From Candidatus Nealsonbacteria bacterium (lineage in GTDB: Bacteria > Patescibacteriota > Minisyncoccia > Minisyncoccales > PWPS01), in assembly GCA_003551435.1 (NCBI GenBank), contig PUMQ01000004.1, positions 1 to 58,525 of the forward strand: DNA of 58,525 nt, read 5' to 3'. Of the stretch, positions 33,947 through 42,579 are shown piece after piece. The number at the start of each line of letters is the position of its first letter. Positions within the stretch are counted from its first letter, which is position 1. The notes under the pieces were generated by a model. It was not told the DNA's origin. It made no database searches and saw only the letters and a list, made by a program, of their open reading frames with translations. The translations under genes were made by a program, and so were the position numbers.

Positions 33947-35147
33947 CGAGTATTTCAAAATAGCTCTGCGTAATATGAGATCTCGCTCTTTACGGAGCTC
34001 TCTTTCTATTTTGGGAATAGTAATAGGCGTTTTTCTTGTTGTTTCTTTAATTTCTGTTGCTAGGGGAGTAGCAGATGAGGTGGATGACCTGATGAGTATG
34101 GTGGGTGCGGACTTGATTATTGTTCTTCCCGTACAGGACTTCGGAGTGACCGGAATGTTTACTTGGGGAGGATTCAGAGAGCACGAGCTGGATGCCATAA
34201 GAAGAGCGGAAGGGCTTGACAAGGCGCTGGAGATGACCATGCGATCTTACAGGGTCCGCCATTATACGGATGAAGAGATTGCTATTCTTTGGGGAATAGA
34301 TTATGTGGAAGGAATTCCTTACCTTGAAGAGATGATGGGGCTTGAAATTGCTCAAGGCCGCCTTCCCCGCCCAGGAATGAGCGAGTTGGCGGTGGGGAGC
34401 TTGGTTCCGCGGGAGTTTTTCCCCGATATGCGGGCAGGAGACGAAGTGACCATAGGCGGGAGAAGATTTACCGTTGCGGGAGTTTTGCGCTCTTTAGGGC
34501 ACAGAGAAAACGACCTCTCCATTATGATGGATATAGATGAGTACAGGAGCGTCACCGGAGATAGAGATACGCAAGTTGTTTTCGGGGGAGTTAAAGAGGG
34601 CTACGACCCAAAGACGGTCGGAGAGAATATAGAAAGGGAGCTCGGAGAAGCCGGAAGAAGAGCAAGAGGAGAGGAAGAGCCGGTTTTCAGCGTTATTACC
34701 GCCGAAACTTATGCGGAAGTGGCCGGAGGTATCATGTTTCTTCTCCAATTTGCCACCTTGGCTTTTGCCGGCATAGCCGTTGTAGTTGGAGCTATCGGAA
34801 TAATGAACAGCATGTTTACTGCTGTAAGAGAGAGAACCAAAGAAATAGGAGTTTTAAAAGCGGTGGGAGCAAGAAAAAGAGATATTATTTCCGTGTTTCT
34901 TATAGAATCCGGGATAATAGGTTTTGTTGGTGGAGTTATAGGGCTTGTTTTGGGGATAGGCGCCGCCAAGGCGGCAGAATATATTATAACGGAAGCACAG
35001 CCCATGCTTTATGTGGAAGCGCACATCTCTTTTACTTTAATATTTTTGTCTTTGTTTTTCTCTTTTCTTGTAGGGGCTGTAGCCGGATATCTTCCTGCAA
35101 GGCAAGCAGCCATGAAAAACCCGGTTGATGCGCTAAGTTACGAGTAA
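33939..35147 (+). CDS. ABC transporter permease, FtsX/MacB type (copy 1)
   Basis: 402 aa: N-terminal TM, periplasmic domain, and a C-terminal FtsX 3-TM domain (KEIGVLKAVGARKRDI). Overlaps the preceding stop codon. Confidence 0.85.
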   Translation: MSSEYFKIALRNMRSRSLRSSLSILGIVIGVFLVVSLISVARGVADEVDDLMSMVGADLIIVLPVQDFGVTGMFTWGGFREHELDAIRRAEGLDKALEMTMRSYRVRHYTDEEIAILWGIDYVEGIPYLEEMMGLEIAQGRLPRPGMSELAVGSLVPREFFPDMRAGDEVTIGGRRFTVAGVLRSLGHRENDLSIMMDIDEYRSVTGDRDTQVVFGGVKEGYDPKTVGENIERELGEAGRRARGEEEPVFSVITAETYAEVAGGIMFLLQFATLAFAGIAVVVGAIGIMNSMFTAVRERTKEIGVLKAVGARKRDIISVFLIESGIIGFVGGVIGLVLGIGAAKAAEYIITEAQPMLYVEAHISFTLIFLSLFFSFLVGAVAGYLPARQAAMKNPVDALSYE

Positions 35148-35151
35148 ATTT

Positions 35152-36366
35152 ATGAACAGCGAGTATTTCAAAATTGCCTTTAAAAACCTGAGAGCCCGTT
35201 CTTTGCGGAGCTGGCTTACCATTTTGGGCATCGTCATCGGAATCTTTCTTGTCATATCTCTCCTTTCTTTGAGTGAAGGGCTTAAAAATTCCATTATGAG
35301 CGAGCTCCAAACCATGGGAGGGGATATGATTATAGTCATTCCAGGAGATGTCACGGACATGATGACAGCTATGATGGGAGGAGTGGAGCTCAAAGATAGG
35401 GAGATTGATGCCATAAAAAGGGCACGGGGAGTGGATGTCGTTTTAGAGATGCCCTTTGCCGGGGCGATGGTAAGGCATTACCAGCAGGCGGAGATGGCAC
35501 TGATTTACGGAGTTGATTTTAACGAAGGACTTACCGTGCTCCACGAAGACATGGGCTGGGATGCTGCAAAGGGAAGGCTTGCTTTGCCCGGAAGAAGAGA
35601 GGTAATGGTGGGAAATCTTGTTCCCAGAGATATTTTTCCCGACCTGGTGGCGGGAGACACTCTCACCATTGAAGGGAGAGAGTTTATCGTTTCGGGAGTT
35701 TTGCGCTCTTTAGGAAACAGGGAAGACGATTTGGCTATCGCTATGGATTTGCAGGATTACAGAGACGTTACCGGGAGAAGAGAAGGAACGCCGATGGCTT
35801 TGGTAAAGATGCACGACGGATATGACATCAACGTTGTCATGGAAAACATAGAAAGAGAGCTTGAAGACGCTATGATAAGGAGAAGAGGCGAAGACGCTCC
35901 CTCTTTTTCGGTTCTGTCTAGCGAAAATGTTATTGAGATGGTAGAAAGCATTATGGGCATTTTGCAGATAGCGGTTGTCGCTTTTGCCAGCATTGCCATT
36001 GTTGTTGGAGGCATAGGTATTATGAACACTATGTACACCTCGGTAAGAGAAAGAACCAAGGAAATAGGGCTCCTGAAGGCAGTGGGGGCTAGGGGCCGGC
36101 ACATTATTTCCATTTTCCTTTTTGAAGCGGGAATAATCGGCCTTGTGGGAGGAGTTGGAGGAGTTATTTTGGGAATTTTACTGGCTCTTTCCGTGGAAAA
36201 TGTTTTAGCCGGGACGAATGCCATGTTTCATTTGCAGGCCCATATTTCTTTGTGGCTGGTGCTTTTCGGACTTTCTTTTTCTTTTGTTGTGGGCTGTATT
36301 TCCGGTCTTTTACCCGCTCGCCAGGCGGCCAAATTAGAGCCGGTGGAAGCTTTAAGGTATGAGTAA
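35152..36366 (+). CDS. ABC transporter permease, FtsX/MacB type (copy 2, paralog of copy 1)
   Basis: 404 aa, colinear with 33939-35147 (MNSEYFKIAFKNLRARSLRS.., KEIGLLKAVGARGRHI). Confidence 0.85.
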   Translation: MNSEYFKIAFKNLRARSLRSWLTILGIVIGIFLVISLLSLSEGLKNSIMSELQTMGGDMIIVIPGDVTDMMTAMMGGVELKDREIDAIKRARGVDVVLEMPFAGAMVRHYQQAEMALIYGVDFNEGLTVLHEDMGWDAAKGRLALPGRREVMVGNLVPRDIFPDLVAGDTLTIEGREFIVSGVLRSLGNREDDLAIAMDLQDYRDVTGRREGTPMALVKMHDGYDINVVMENIERELEDAMIRRRGEDAPSFSVLSSENVIEMVESIMGILQIAVVAFASIAIVVGGIGIMNTMYTSVRERTKEIGLLKAVGARGRHIISIFLFEAGIIGLVGGVGGVILGILLALSVENVLAGTNAMFHLQAHISLWLVLFGLSFSFVVGCISGLLPARQAAKLEPVEALRYE

Positions 36367-36748
36367 TATGAGCTATTTTAAAAAAATTATAAGGGCCTTT
36401 TATAACGCTTTTCGGGGCATAAAAGAGGCTTTTATAGAACAGAGCTTTCGCATTCTTTTTGTAATTGCCCTTTTTGTTGTTTTTTGCCTCTTTTACTTTC
36501 CTTTTGAACCGCTGGAAAGGGCGATTCTTATTCTGGTAGTCGCTCTTGTCTTATCCCTGGAGCTTATAAACTCCCAGATTGAGAGAATTTTGGACATTTT
36601 AAGGCCGGATTACAGCGAAGAGGTGAGGAAAATGAAAGATATTTCCGCCGGAGCAGTGCTTGTTGCCAGCATCGGAGCTATTTTTTTGGCGGTTATTATC
36701 ATTCTTCCCTACATTCTTCTCCTTCTTGAAAGATTTTCTTTTTTTTGA
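36359..36748 (+). CDS. dgkA: Diacylglycerol/undecaprenol kinase (DgkA family)
   Basis: Three TM segments, with LELINSQIERILD and KDISAGAVLVA (prokaryotic DAGK motifs). Overlaps the preceding stop codon. Confidence 0.7.
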   Translation: MSNMSYFKKIIRAFYNAFRGIKEAFIEQSFRILFVIALFVVFCLFYFPFEPLERAILILVVALVLSLELINSQIERILDILRPDYSEEVRKMKDISAGAVLVASIGAIFLAVIIILPYILLLLERFSFF

Positions 36749-36760
36749 CAATATAAGGTT

Positions 36761-37120
36761 ATGAGATTAATTAAAATCATTAAAAAACCTGTATCTCTTA
36801 AAGAAGTACGAGAGATTGCCAAAGAAACCCACGGAGATATGGTCAAGGGAGCGGCTGACGTTGAGAGGAATATTATTGCTCTTGGCGGAGAGTGGCACAT
36901 AGACGCCAATAACGAACTTCTTGCAGACGGCTCCCAACAGAACAACATATGGGGATTTAATATTTACCCTTATGAAAAGAAAGATTTCGCGCTTGAATAT
37001 ATCTCGCTTATCAACATAAGGCCGTCTCAGGGAAGCCGTGAAATGGAAATCAAAGACGAAAAGATACGAGAACAGATTAAAAGTATTATAAAGCAGCTAA
37101 TTCCGGAACTTTATGACTGA
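36761..37120 (+). CDS. Hypothetical soluble protein
   Basis: 119-aa ORF in the operon. I recognise no motif. Confidence 0.45.
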   Translation: MRLIKIIKKPVSLKEVREIAKETHGDMVKGAADVERNIIALGGEWHIDANNELLADGSQQNNIWGFNIYPYEKKDFALEYISLINIRPSQGSREMEIKDEKIREQIKSIIKQLIPELYD

Positions 37121-37385
37121 AAAGGACAGCCGTTTTTACTTTGCAAACTTTGCGGCGGATATATTGCGTTGTGCTGTCGCTTCGGCAGGCGGAAACAGAA
37201 AGCGATACCGGTCGTCTCTTATTCGCCTCCGCTCGTCTTTAAAATATTTGCGCAAAGCGGGGCGGCCCGAAGCGTATGAAGAGGCGCTTCTTCTGATGCT
37301 TGCCTTGAAATGTGCCAAAGAAGATAATAATATTTCAAAATTCAAAGAGGATGTTAACAGATTAATTTCTTCTACAAGCTTATGA
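37113..37385 (+). CDS. Hypothetical helical protein
   Basis: 90-aa ORF whose start overlaps the upstream stop and whose stop overlaps the htrA ATG, a pattern of translational coupling. Confidence 0.4.
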   Translation: MTEKDSRFYFANFAADILRCAVASAGGNRKRYRSSLIRLRSSLKYLRKAGRPEAYEEALLLMLALKCAKEDNNISKFKEDVNRLISSTSL

Positions 37386-38536
37386 AAAAAGGAATTTTAG
37401 CCGGGTTTGCCACTTTTCTTATTCTACTTGCCGTTCTTTTTGCGGGAATGGTTATTGGAGGAAACTTTTTTGACTTTGGAAGAGTTGAAGAGAAAGAGGA
37501 AGAAGAAAAGAAAGAGTACGAACCCGTCCTTGACCACGAAAGGGCGGTAATAGAAGTAGTCGAGAAAAATATTCCCGCGGTAGTTAGTATTGTCGCCACC
37601 AGGTATGTAGAGGATATCAGAGTTCCTTTCAGAGAGCTTTTTCTTCTTCCCGAAGACTATGAAGAAAGAGAAAGGCTGGAGACGGAACACGGAACCGGCT
37701 TTATAATCTCTCAAGACGGACTTATTTTAACCAACCGCCATGTGGTAGGCGACGAGGGTGCGGAATACACGGTGTTTTTGTCTACCGGAGAAATGGTTGA
37801 AGCGGAAGTTTTAGTCCGCGATCCGGTACAAGACTTGGCAGTTTTAAAAATAGAAAAAGAAGATCTTCCGACGGTAGCTATCGGAGACTCGGACACTGTC
37901 CGGCCCGGACAAACGGCCATTGCCATCGGCAATGCCCTGGGAGAGTTTGATGACACCGTTTCTGTGGGAGTTATTTCCGGAACGGGGCGCCGGGTGGTAG
38001 CGAGAGGAAGAGTGGGGACGGAGGTGCTTCACGACGTTATCCAGACTGATGCGGCCATTAATCTCGGGAACTCCGGAGGGCCGCTTCTTAATCTGGAAGG
38101 AGAAGTTATCGGAATAAACACCGCTACTGCCATGCATGCCGAAGGAATCGGATTTGCCATTCCTGTAAACAGGGCTAAAAGAGCTGTTGAGGCGGCAAGA
38201 GAAGGGAAGGAAATAGCCTATCCTTTTTTGGGAGTCCGCTACGTAATGGTAGATAGCGAAGTTAAGCGAGAAAGAAACCTTCCTGTTGATTACGGAGCGC
38301 TGATTATTTCCGGAGGGCCCGGAGAAGAAGCCGTTTACTACGGATCGGCTGCGGATTCGGCGGGATTGAGAGAAGGGGATATCCTTCTTGAATTTGACGA
38401 AGAAAAACTAACCAAAGAAAATCATTTAGCGACGGTTATCACGCGCTACTATCCGGGAGATGAAGTGGATCTTAAAGTTTTGCGCGGTGACAAAGAAAAA
38501 GAAATGCGCATAACTCTCGGAGAAATGCCCGACTAG
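37382..38536 (+). CDS. htrA: HtrA/DegP-family serine protease with PDZ domain
   Basis: N-terminal anchor. Catalytic triad contexts are TNRHVV, DLAVLK and GNSGGPLLN. A PDZ-like domain forms the C-terminus. Confidence 0.9.
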   Translation: MKKGILAGFATFLILLAVLFAGMVIGGNFFDFGRVEEKEEEEKKEYEPVLDHERAVIEVVEKNIPAVVSIVATRYVEDIRVPFRELFLLPEDYEERERLETEHGTGFIISQDGLILTNRHVVGDEGAEYTVFLSTGEMVEAEVLVRDPVQDLAVLKIEKEDLPTVAIGDSDTVRPGQTAIAIGNALGEFDDTVSVGVISGTGRRVVARGRVGTEVLHDVIQTDAAINLGNSGGPLLNLEGEVIGINTATAMHAEGIGFAIPVNRAKRAVEAAREGKEIAYPFLGVRYVMVDSEVKRERNLPVDYGALIISGGPGEEAVYYGSAADSAGLREGDILLEFDEEKLTKENHLATVITRYYPGDEVDLKVLRGDKEKEMRITLGEMPD

Positions 38537-38540
38537 CTTC

Positions 38541-38602
38541 CCGCAAAGTTGCGAAGGTCGGACCTCCGCACCTCCGCAAAGTTGCGAAGGTCGGACCTTT
38601 GC
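38541..38602. repeat. Tandem duplication of CCGCAAAGTTGCGAAGGTCGGACCT (two palindromic repeat copies)
   Basis: Palindromes at 38550-38570 and 38583-38602, each preceded by CCGCAAAGT. The duplication starts 5 nt after the htrA stop. Confidence 0.9.
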
Positions 38603-38640
38603 TCCTTTGTTATTTTTTTGTGGTGTTTTTTAGGATTTAC

Positions 38641-38669
38641 TTGACAAAAAAATAAAACAAAGGTAGAAT
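38641..38669 (+). promoter_or_regulatory. Near-consensus promoter (TTGACA-N17-TAGAAT)
   Basis: TTGACA at 38641-38646 and TAGAAT at 38664-38669. Confidence 0.65.
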
Positions 38670-38675
38670 GAAAAT

Positions 38676-38956
38676 GTGGGGTCCTTTTTCTTTCCGACTA
38701 GACCCTTAGTCCTCTTCCAAAGAGGGCCCCCGCCAAAGTTCTTTAAGATTCCTCCGCCGGGTACTTGGATCCCTTAGAGTACTGCAACACCGAGAGAAGG
38801 ACGCTTCTATTTGATTGAAGAGACGATTTACCCCGGCGGGGGAGAAAAAAAGCAACGCAACGTTGCTTACATATAAAAAGGGGGCTTCCCTGGTTTTTTT
38901 GGCACCTCGCTGCCAACACAACACTCCTTTCCCTGGGCTAAGCTCCCTCTTTTTTT
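38676..38956 (+). ncRNA. Candidate GC-rich structured RNA (~280 nt): independent ncRNA or regulatory leader of clpB; family unassigned
   Basis: It lies between a promoter and a terminator. Helices: 38678-84/38724-30 (one G.U), enclosing hairpins 38696-38711 and 38711-38725. A 13-bp helix pairs 38751-63 with 38829-42 (one bulge, one G.U). A perfect hairpin sits at 38851-67, and a helix at 38900-04/38911-15. The terminal helix 38880-87/38940-47 (one G.U) is followed by TCTTTTTTT. A second hairpin at 38957-73 follows. Confidence 0.5.
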
Positions 38957-38976
38957 CGGCCATTTTTTGGCCGTTC

Positions 38977-39004
38977 TTGATTTTTAAGTAAAAAATGATA
39001 TCAT
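38977..39004 (+). promoter_or_regulatory. Possible clpB-proximal promoter (TTGATT-N16-TGaTATCAT)
   Basis: TTGATT at 38977-82, an extended -10 TG at 38996-97, and TATCAT at 38999-39004, 44 nt upstream of ATG 39048. Confidence 0.45.
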
Positions 39005-39047
39005 GACAGTCCGAGAGAGTTAATTGTCACTAATATTATTTACCACC

Positions 39048-41771
39048 ATGCCAACAGTACCGGGTTCAAATTTCACCCACAAAGCTCAGCAGGCAATTAT
39101 TAATTCCCAGAAAATTGCCTATCAGAAGGGGAATCGCCAAATAGATCCGCTTCATCTTTTGCTTGCTTTGCTTTTGCAAGAAGAAAGTATTGTTTTAAAT
39201 GTATTAAAAAGAACGGGAGTGGATGTGGAGATGCTAAAAAAGAGAATTAGCCGTTCTATTAGAGCTATTCCCAATGATTCGGCCGCGCAAGAAGGAGCAA
39301 CCGGCCAGTTTTACCTTTCCCAAGAAGTGGCTCGGATACTAAAAACAGCCGGAGACGAAGCGGACAAGATGCAAGACAAGTTCATCTCCGTAGAACACCT
39401 CTTCCTCTCCCTTCTTTTAACCGAAACAAGAACGAGAGATATTCTGCAAACGGCTACTTTCCTTCCTCCCGGAAAAGGGGGTCCCGATCCGATGGAGGCG
39501 GAAAAATTAAGTTATGACTTGGTAAAGGCGAAACTCCGCGATATTCGGGGAAATCAGCAGATTACAGACCCTCACCCAGAATCAAAAATGCAGGTTTTGG
39601 AAAAATACACTACCAATCTTACCGAGATGGCAAGACAGGGAAAGATAGACCCGGTAGTGGGAAGGAAGAAAGAAATGAGGAGGTTGATGCAGGTTCTTTC
39701 AAGGAGGACAAAGAACAACCCCGTCCTTGTAGGAGAAGCGGGGACAGGAAAAACGGCTATTGTGGAAGGATTAGCCCAAAGAATAGCCAAGAAAGACGTC
39801 CCCGAGAGCCTGAAAAACAAGGAAGTGATAGCTCTTGATATAGGGTCTCTTGTGGCCGGCACAAGATACAGAGGGGAGTTTGAAAACAGGGTTAAAGCGC
39901 TCCTTAAAGAGGTAAAAAACAAGAAAGACAGATACATCCTCTTTATAGACGAACTGCATACCATTATCGGCGCCGGGGCGGCGGAAGGGTCTGTTGACGC
40001 TTCCAATCTTTTAAAGCCGGATCTTGCCCGCGGTGAGCTCCGGGCTATCGGAGCAACCACCATGAAAGAGTATCAGAGATATATAGAAAGAGACCCCGCT
40101 CTTGAAAGAAGGTTCCAGCCGATTACCGTTTCAGAGCCTACCGAAGAAGAGGCAATTCAGATATTAAGGGGGATAAAAGAAAAGTACGAGATGCATCACG
40201 GGGTGAAAATAGAAGAGTCGGCTCTCAAGGCGGCGGTAGAGCTGTCCGCGCGCTATATTACCGACAGATATCTTCCGGACAAGGCGGTAGACCTTATGGA
40301 CGAGGCGATGAGCTCTCTCAGGTTGGAGGTGGAATCCCAGCCGGTGAAGCTGGAAGACCTTAAAAAAGAGATTCAAGATCTGGAAATTGAGATGGAATCT
40401 CTGAAAAACAGCAACTCGGAAGGAACCGAGAAAAGAAAAAGAGTTATCTCCCGCCAGCTTGCCGACCTTAAAGAGAAAGCAGGCGAGCTTGAAGCAAGGT
40501 GGAGCGCGGAGAGGGAAACTATCGCCCACATAAAAAAACTAAAAAGCGAGATAGATAATCTAAAGTACGAGGCGGAAAGAGCGGGCCAGGAGGCGGATTT
40601 GCAAAAAGTGGCGGAGATTAAGTACGGAAAGATTCCCGAACTTACCAAAGAGCTCAATTCGGAAGAAAAAAAGCTTAAAAATCTACAAAAGAAAAAGGCG
40701 GTTCTCAAAGAATCGGTTACAAGAGAAGACGTGGCCGGGGTTGTTTCCCGCTGGACGGGCATTCCGGTAATGAGCATGCTTGAAGAAGAAGCGAAAAAGC
40801 TCCAAAAGATGGAAAAGATAGTATCTCGCCGGGTAGTCGGCCAAAACGAGGCGATTGCCGCCGTTTCCAATGCTATTCGCCGGGCCCGCGCCGGAGTTTC
40901 GGACGAGAACAAGCCCTTGGGTTCTTTTCTCTTCCTTGGCCCTACCGGAGTGGGGAAAACGGAAACCGCCCGAGCACTGGCAGAATTTCTTTTTAGCAGT
41001 GAAAGCGCCCTTATCCGCCTTGATATGTCCGAGTACATGGAGATGCACTCTGTTTCCAAAATGATAGGGGCTCCTCCCGGATACGTGGGACATGAAGATT
41101 CAGGGCAGCTCAGCGAGGCGGTGCGTAAAAGGCCCTACAGCGTAATTCTTGTTGATGAGGTGGAAAAAGCCCACCCTGACGTGTTTAATATACTCCTGCA
41201 GGTATTAGAAGACGGGCAGCTTACGGACGCCAAAGGAAGGAAAGTTTCCTTTAAAAATACGATAATTGTTATGACTTCCAATGTGGGGTCAGAGCACATT
41301 ACCGAGATGGAAGCGATAGGGTTTGATGCCAAAGAAGAAGAAAGCGCTAAAGAAAACTTAAAAGAAAAAGTTACCGAGGCGCTTAAAAAGACGTTCCGTC
41401 CCGAGTTTATCAACCGGATTGACGACATTATCATCTTTAACCACTTAACAGAGGAGAATATTAATAAGATTGCCGATCTTGAGCTGGAAAAAGTGGAAAA
41501 AAGGATGAAAGAGAACCATGACATCACGGTAACCTTCCAAAAACAAGTAAGAGATATGCTTGCCAAGGAGGGTTTTGACAAAAGCATGGGTGCTCGCCCA
41601 ATGAAAAGGCTGATCCAGAAGAAAATTCTCAATCCGCTTGCCTTGGAGATAATATCCAAAGATACCGAGCCGGGAGAGAGGATTACGGTTAAAATGAAAG
41701 GAGACGATGTGGCTTTTGAAGTAACGGGAAAAAGAACAAATAAAAAAAGAGAACAGATATCCGTAAGATAA
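39048..41771 (+). CDS. clpB: ClpB chaperone (AAA+ disaggregase)
   Basis: Clp N-domain repeats. NBD1 has GEAGTGKTA and NBD2 has GPTGVGKTE. A long coiled-coil middle domain is typical of ClpB. ATG 39048 is preferred over TTG 39024. Confidence 0.9.
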   Translation: MPTVPGSNFTHKAQQAIINSQKIAYQKGNRQIDPLHLLLALLLQEESIVLNVLKRTGVDVEMLKKRISRSIRAIPNDSAAQEGATGQFYLSQEVARILKTAGDEADKMQDKFISVEHLFLSLLLTETRTRDILQTATFLPPGKGGPDPMEAEKLSYDLVKAKLRDIRGNQQITDPHPESKMQVLEKYTTNLTEMARQGKIDPVVGRKKEMRRLMQVLSRRTKNNPVLVGEAGTGKTAIVEGLAQRIAKKDVPESLKNKEVIALDIGSLVAGTRYRGEFENRVKALLKEVKNKKDRYILFIDELHTIIGAGAAEGSVDASNLLKPDLARGELRAIGATTMKEYQRYIERDPALERRFQPITVSEPTEEEAIQILRGIKEKYEMHHGVKIEESALKAAVELSARYITDRYLPDKAVDLMDEAMSSLRLEVESQPVKLEDLKKEIQDLEIEMESLKNSNSEGTEKRKRVISRQLADLKEKAGELEARWSAERETIAHIKKLKSEIDNLKYEAERAGQEADLQKVAEIKYGKIPELTKELNSEEKKLKNLQKKKAVLKESVTREDVAGVVSRWTGIPVMSMLEEEAKKLQKMEKIVSRRVVGQNEAIAAVSNAIRRARAGVSDENKPLGSFLFLGPTGVGKTETARALAEFLFSSESALIRLDMSEYMEMHSVSKMIGAPPGYVGHEDSGQLSEAVRKRPYSVILVDEVEKAHPDVFNILLQVLEDGQLTDAKGRKVSFKNTIIVMTSNVGSEHITEMEAIGFDAKEEESAKENLKEKVTEALKKTFRPEFINRIDDIIIFNHLTEENINKIADLELEKVEKRMKENHDITVTFQKQVRDMLAKEGFDKSMGARPMKRLIQKKILNPLALEIISKDTEPGERITVKMKGDDVAFEVTGKRTNKKREQISVR

Positions 41772-41778
41772 TGTACAT

Positions 41779-41889
41779 ATGAACAGCCTTACCGGTATTT
41801 TCATTATAGTCGCCATTGTCTTCCTCTTTTATGTTTACGTGAGTTTTATGCACTACATTTCCATTACCGGCGTTTTTCCGGGAGCATAA
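41779..41889 (+). CDS. Possible 36-aa hydrophobic miniprotein
   Basis: MNSLTGIFIIVAIVFLFYVYVSFMHYISITGVFPGA, 8 nt after the clpB stop and upstream of a bidirectional terminator. No clear Shine-Dalgarno sequence. Confidence 0.25.
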   Translation: MNSLTGIFIIVAIVFLFYVYVSFMHYISITGVFPGA

Positions 41890-41934
41890 AATTATCTATT
41901 CTTTCCAAGAGAAGTGGATGTATAGTAAAAAAAA

Positions 41935-41961
41935 GCCGCCCTGCTTTGTGAGGGCGGTTTT
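41935..41961. terminator. Bidirectional intrinsic terminator
   Basis: GCCGCCCT-GCTTTGTG-AGGGCGGT, flanked by AAAAAAA upstream and TTTT downstream. Confidence 0.75.
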
Positions 41962-41986
41962 AGCTTGGAGAACAAAGGTTATATTA

Positions 41987-42376
41987 CTACCAGAAATTTC
42001 TCGGGGGTCTTCCTAGCAAGGTGAGTGCGGCAATCAGTGTTACCGTTGCCAGACTCATTCCCGGCCTTGGGTAGCCCTCGAGAATTTTTCCGTTTTCTTC
42101 TCCCCAGTCAAACTGGGGGAAGGCTCTTTGGACTATGAGAAAAGCCGGCTTGTGCCGAGGGTAATTATTTTTCGGCATCCTCAGCCCAAGCTCTTCAAGG
42201 ATCTCCCGGGACTTTTTACTGGTTATTCTAAAAGTTTCTCTTGCCACAATTTCTTCTACCTTCTCCCGGGTCACCTCTATCTCCTTCATCTGCTTGTTTA
42301 CATAACACACGACTCTCAACTTTCTATTATTATTTTCGTCAGATTCGGAAATAACTCCTTCACTTGCCTCTATCAT
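41987..42376 (-). CDS. Hypothetical protein with a C-terminal hydrophobic tail
   Basis: ATG 42376 is preceded by AGGAGG at a 6-nt spacing. 129 aa, ending MSLATVTLIAALTLLGRPPRNFW. It has its own promoter. I recognise no family. Confidence 0.55.
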   Translation of the reverse strand: MIEASEGVISESDENNNRKLRVVCYVNKQMKEIEVTREKVEEIVARETFRITSKKSREILEELGLRMPKNNYPRHKPAFLIVQRAFPQFDWGEENGKILEGYPRPGMSLATVTLIAALTLLGRPPRNFW

Positions 42377-42473
42377 TTTTGTCCTCCTTTTCTTAAGGTA
42401 AATCAAGCTGATTTAAAAGTGCTTCCCTCCTTTCTTTATTATTTTCGCCCGATCTCCCTTAATTTATTCCGCT

Positions 42474-42501
42474 ATTATATTAATCTTTTAAAACTTGTCA
42501 A
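42474..42501 (-). promoter_or_regulatory. Consensus promoter (TTGACA-N16-TATAAT), near-duplicate of the one at 43318-43345
   Basis: The - strand reads TTGACAAGTTTTAAAAGATTAATATAATAGCGGAATA, against TTGACAAGTTTTCAAATATTAATATAATGGCGGAATA at the second site. Confidence 0.7.
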
Positions 42502-42523
42502 ATCCGGGATCTTGAGCTGGCAA

Positions 42524-42547
42524 GAAAAAGCCCTCTTTTTAGAGGGC
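42524..42547 (-). terminator. Intrinsic terminator of the 42580-43038 gene
   Basis: GCCCTCT-TTTT-AGAGGGC hairpin, with a T-run on the - strand (CTTTTTCTT). Confidence 0.75.
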
Positions 42548-42579
42548 CCTTTGAAGGAATTTGATTATGGAAAGAGCGA

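Noticed and set aside
38706-38963. 85-aa minus-strand ORF in the clpB upstream region
   Set aside because: It lies entirely inside the GC-rich structured region. The helices there contain G.U pairs valid only on the + strand, the ORF has no ribosome-binding site, and its composition looks like translated structured RNA.
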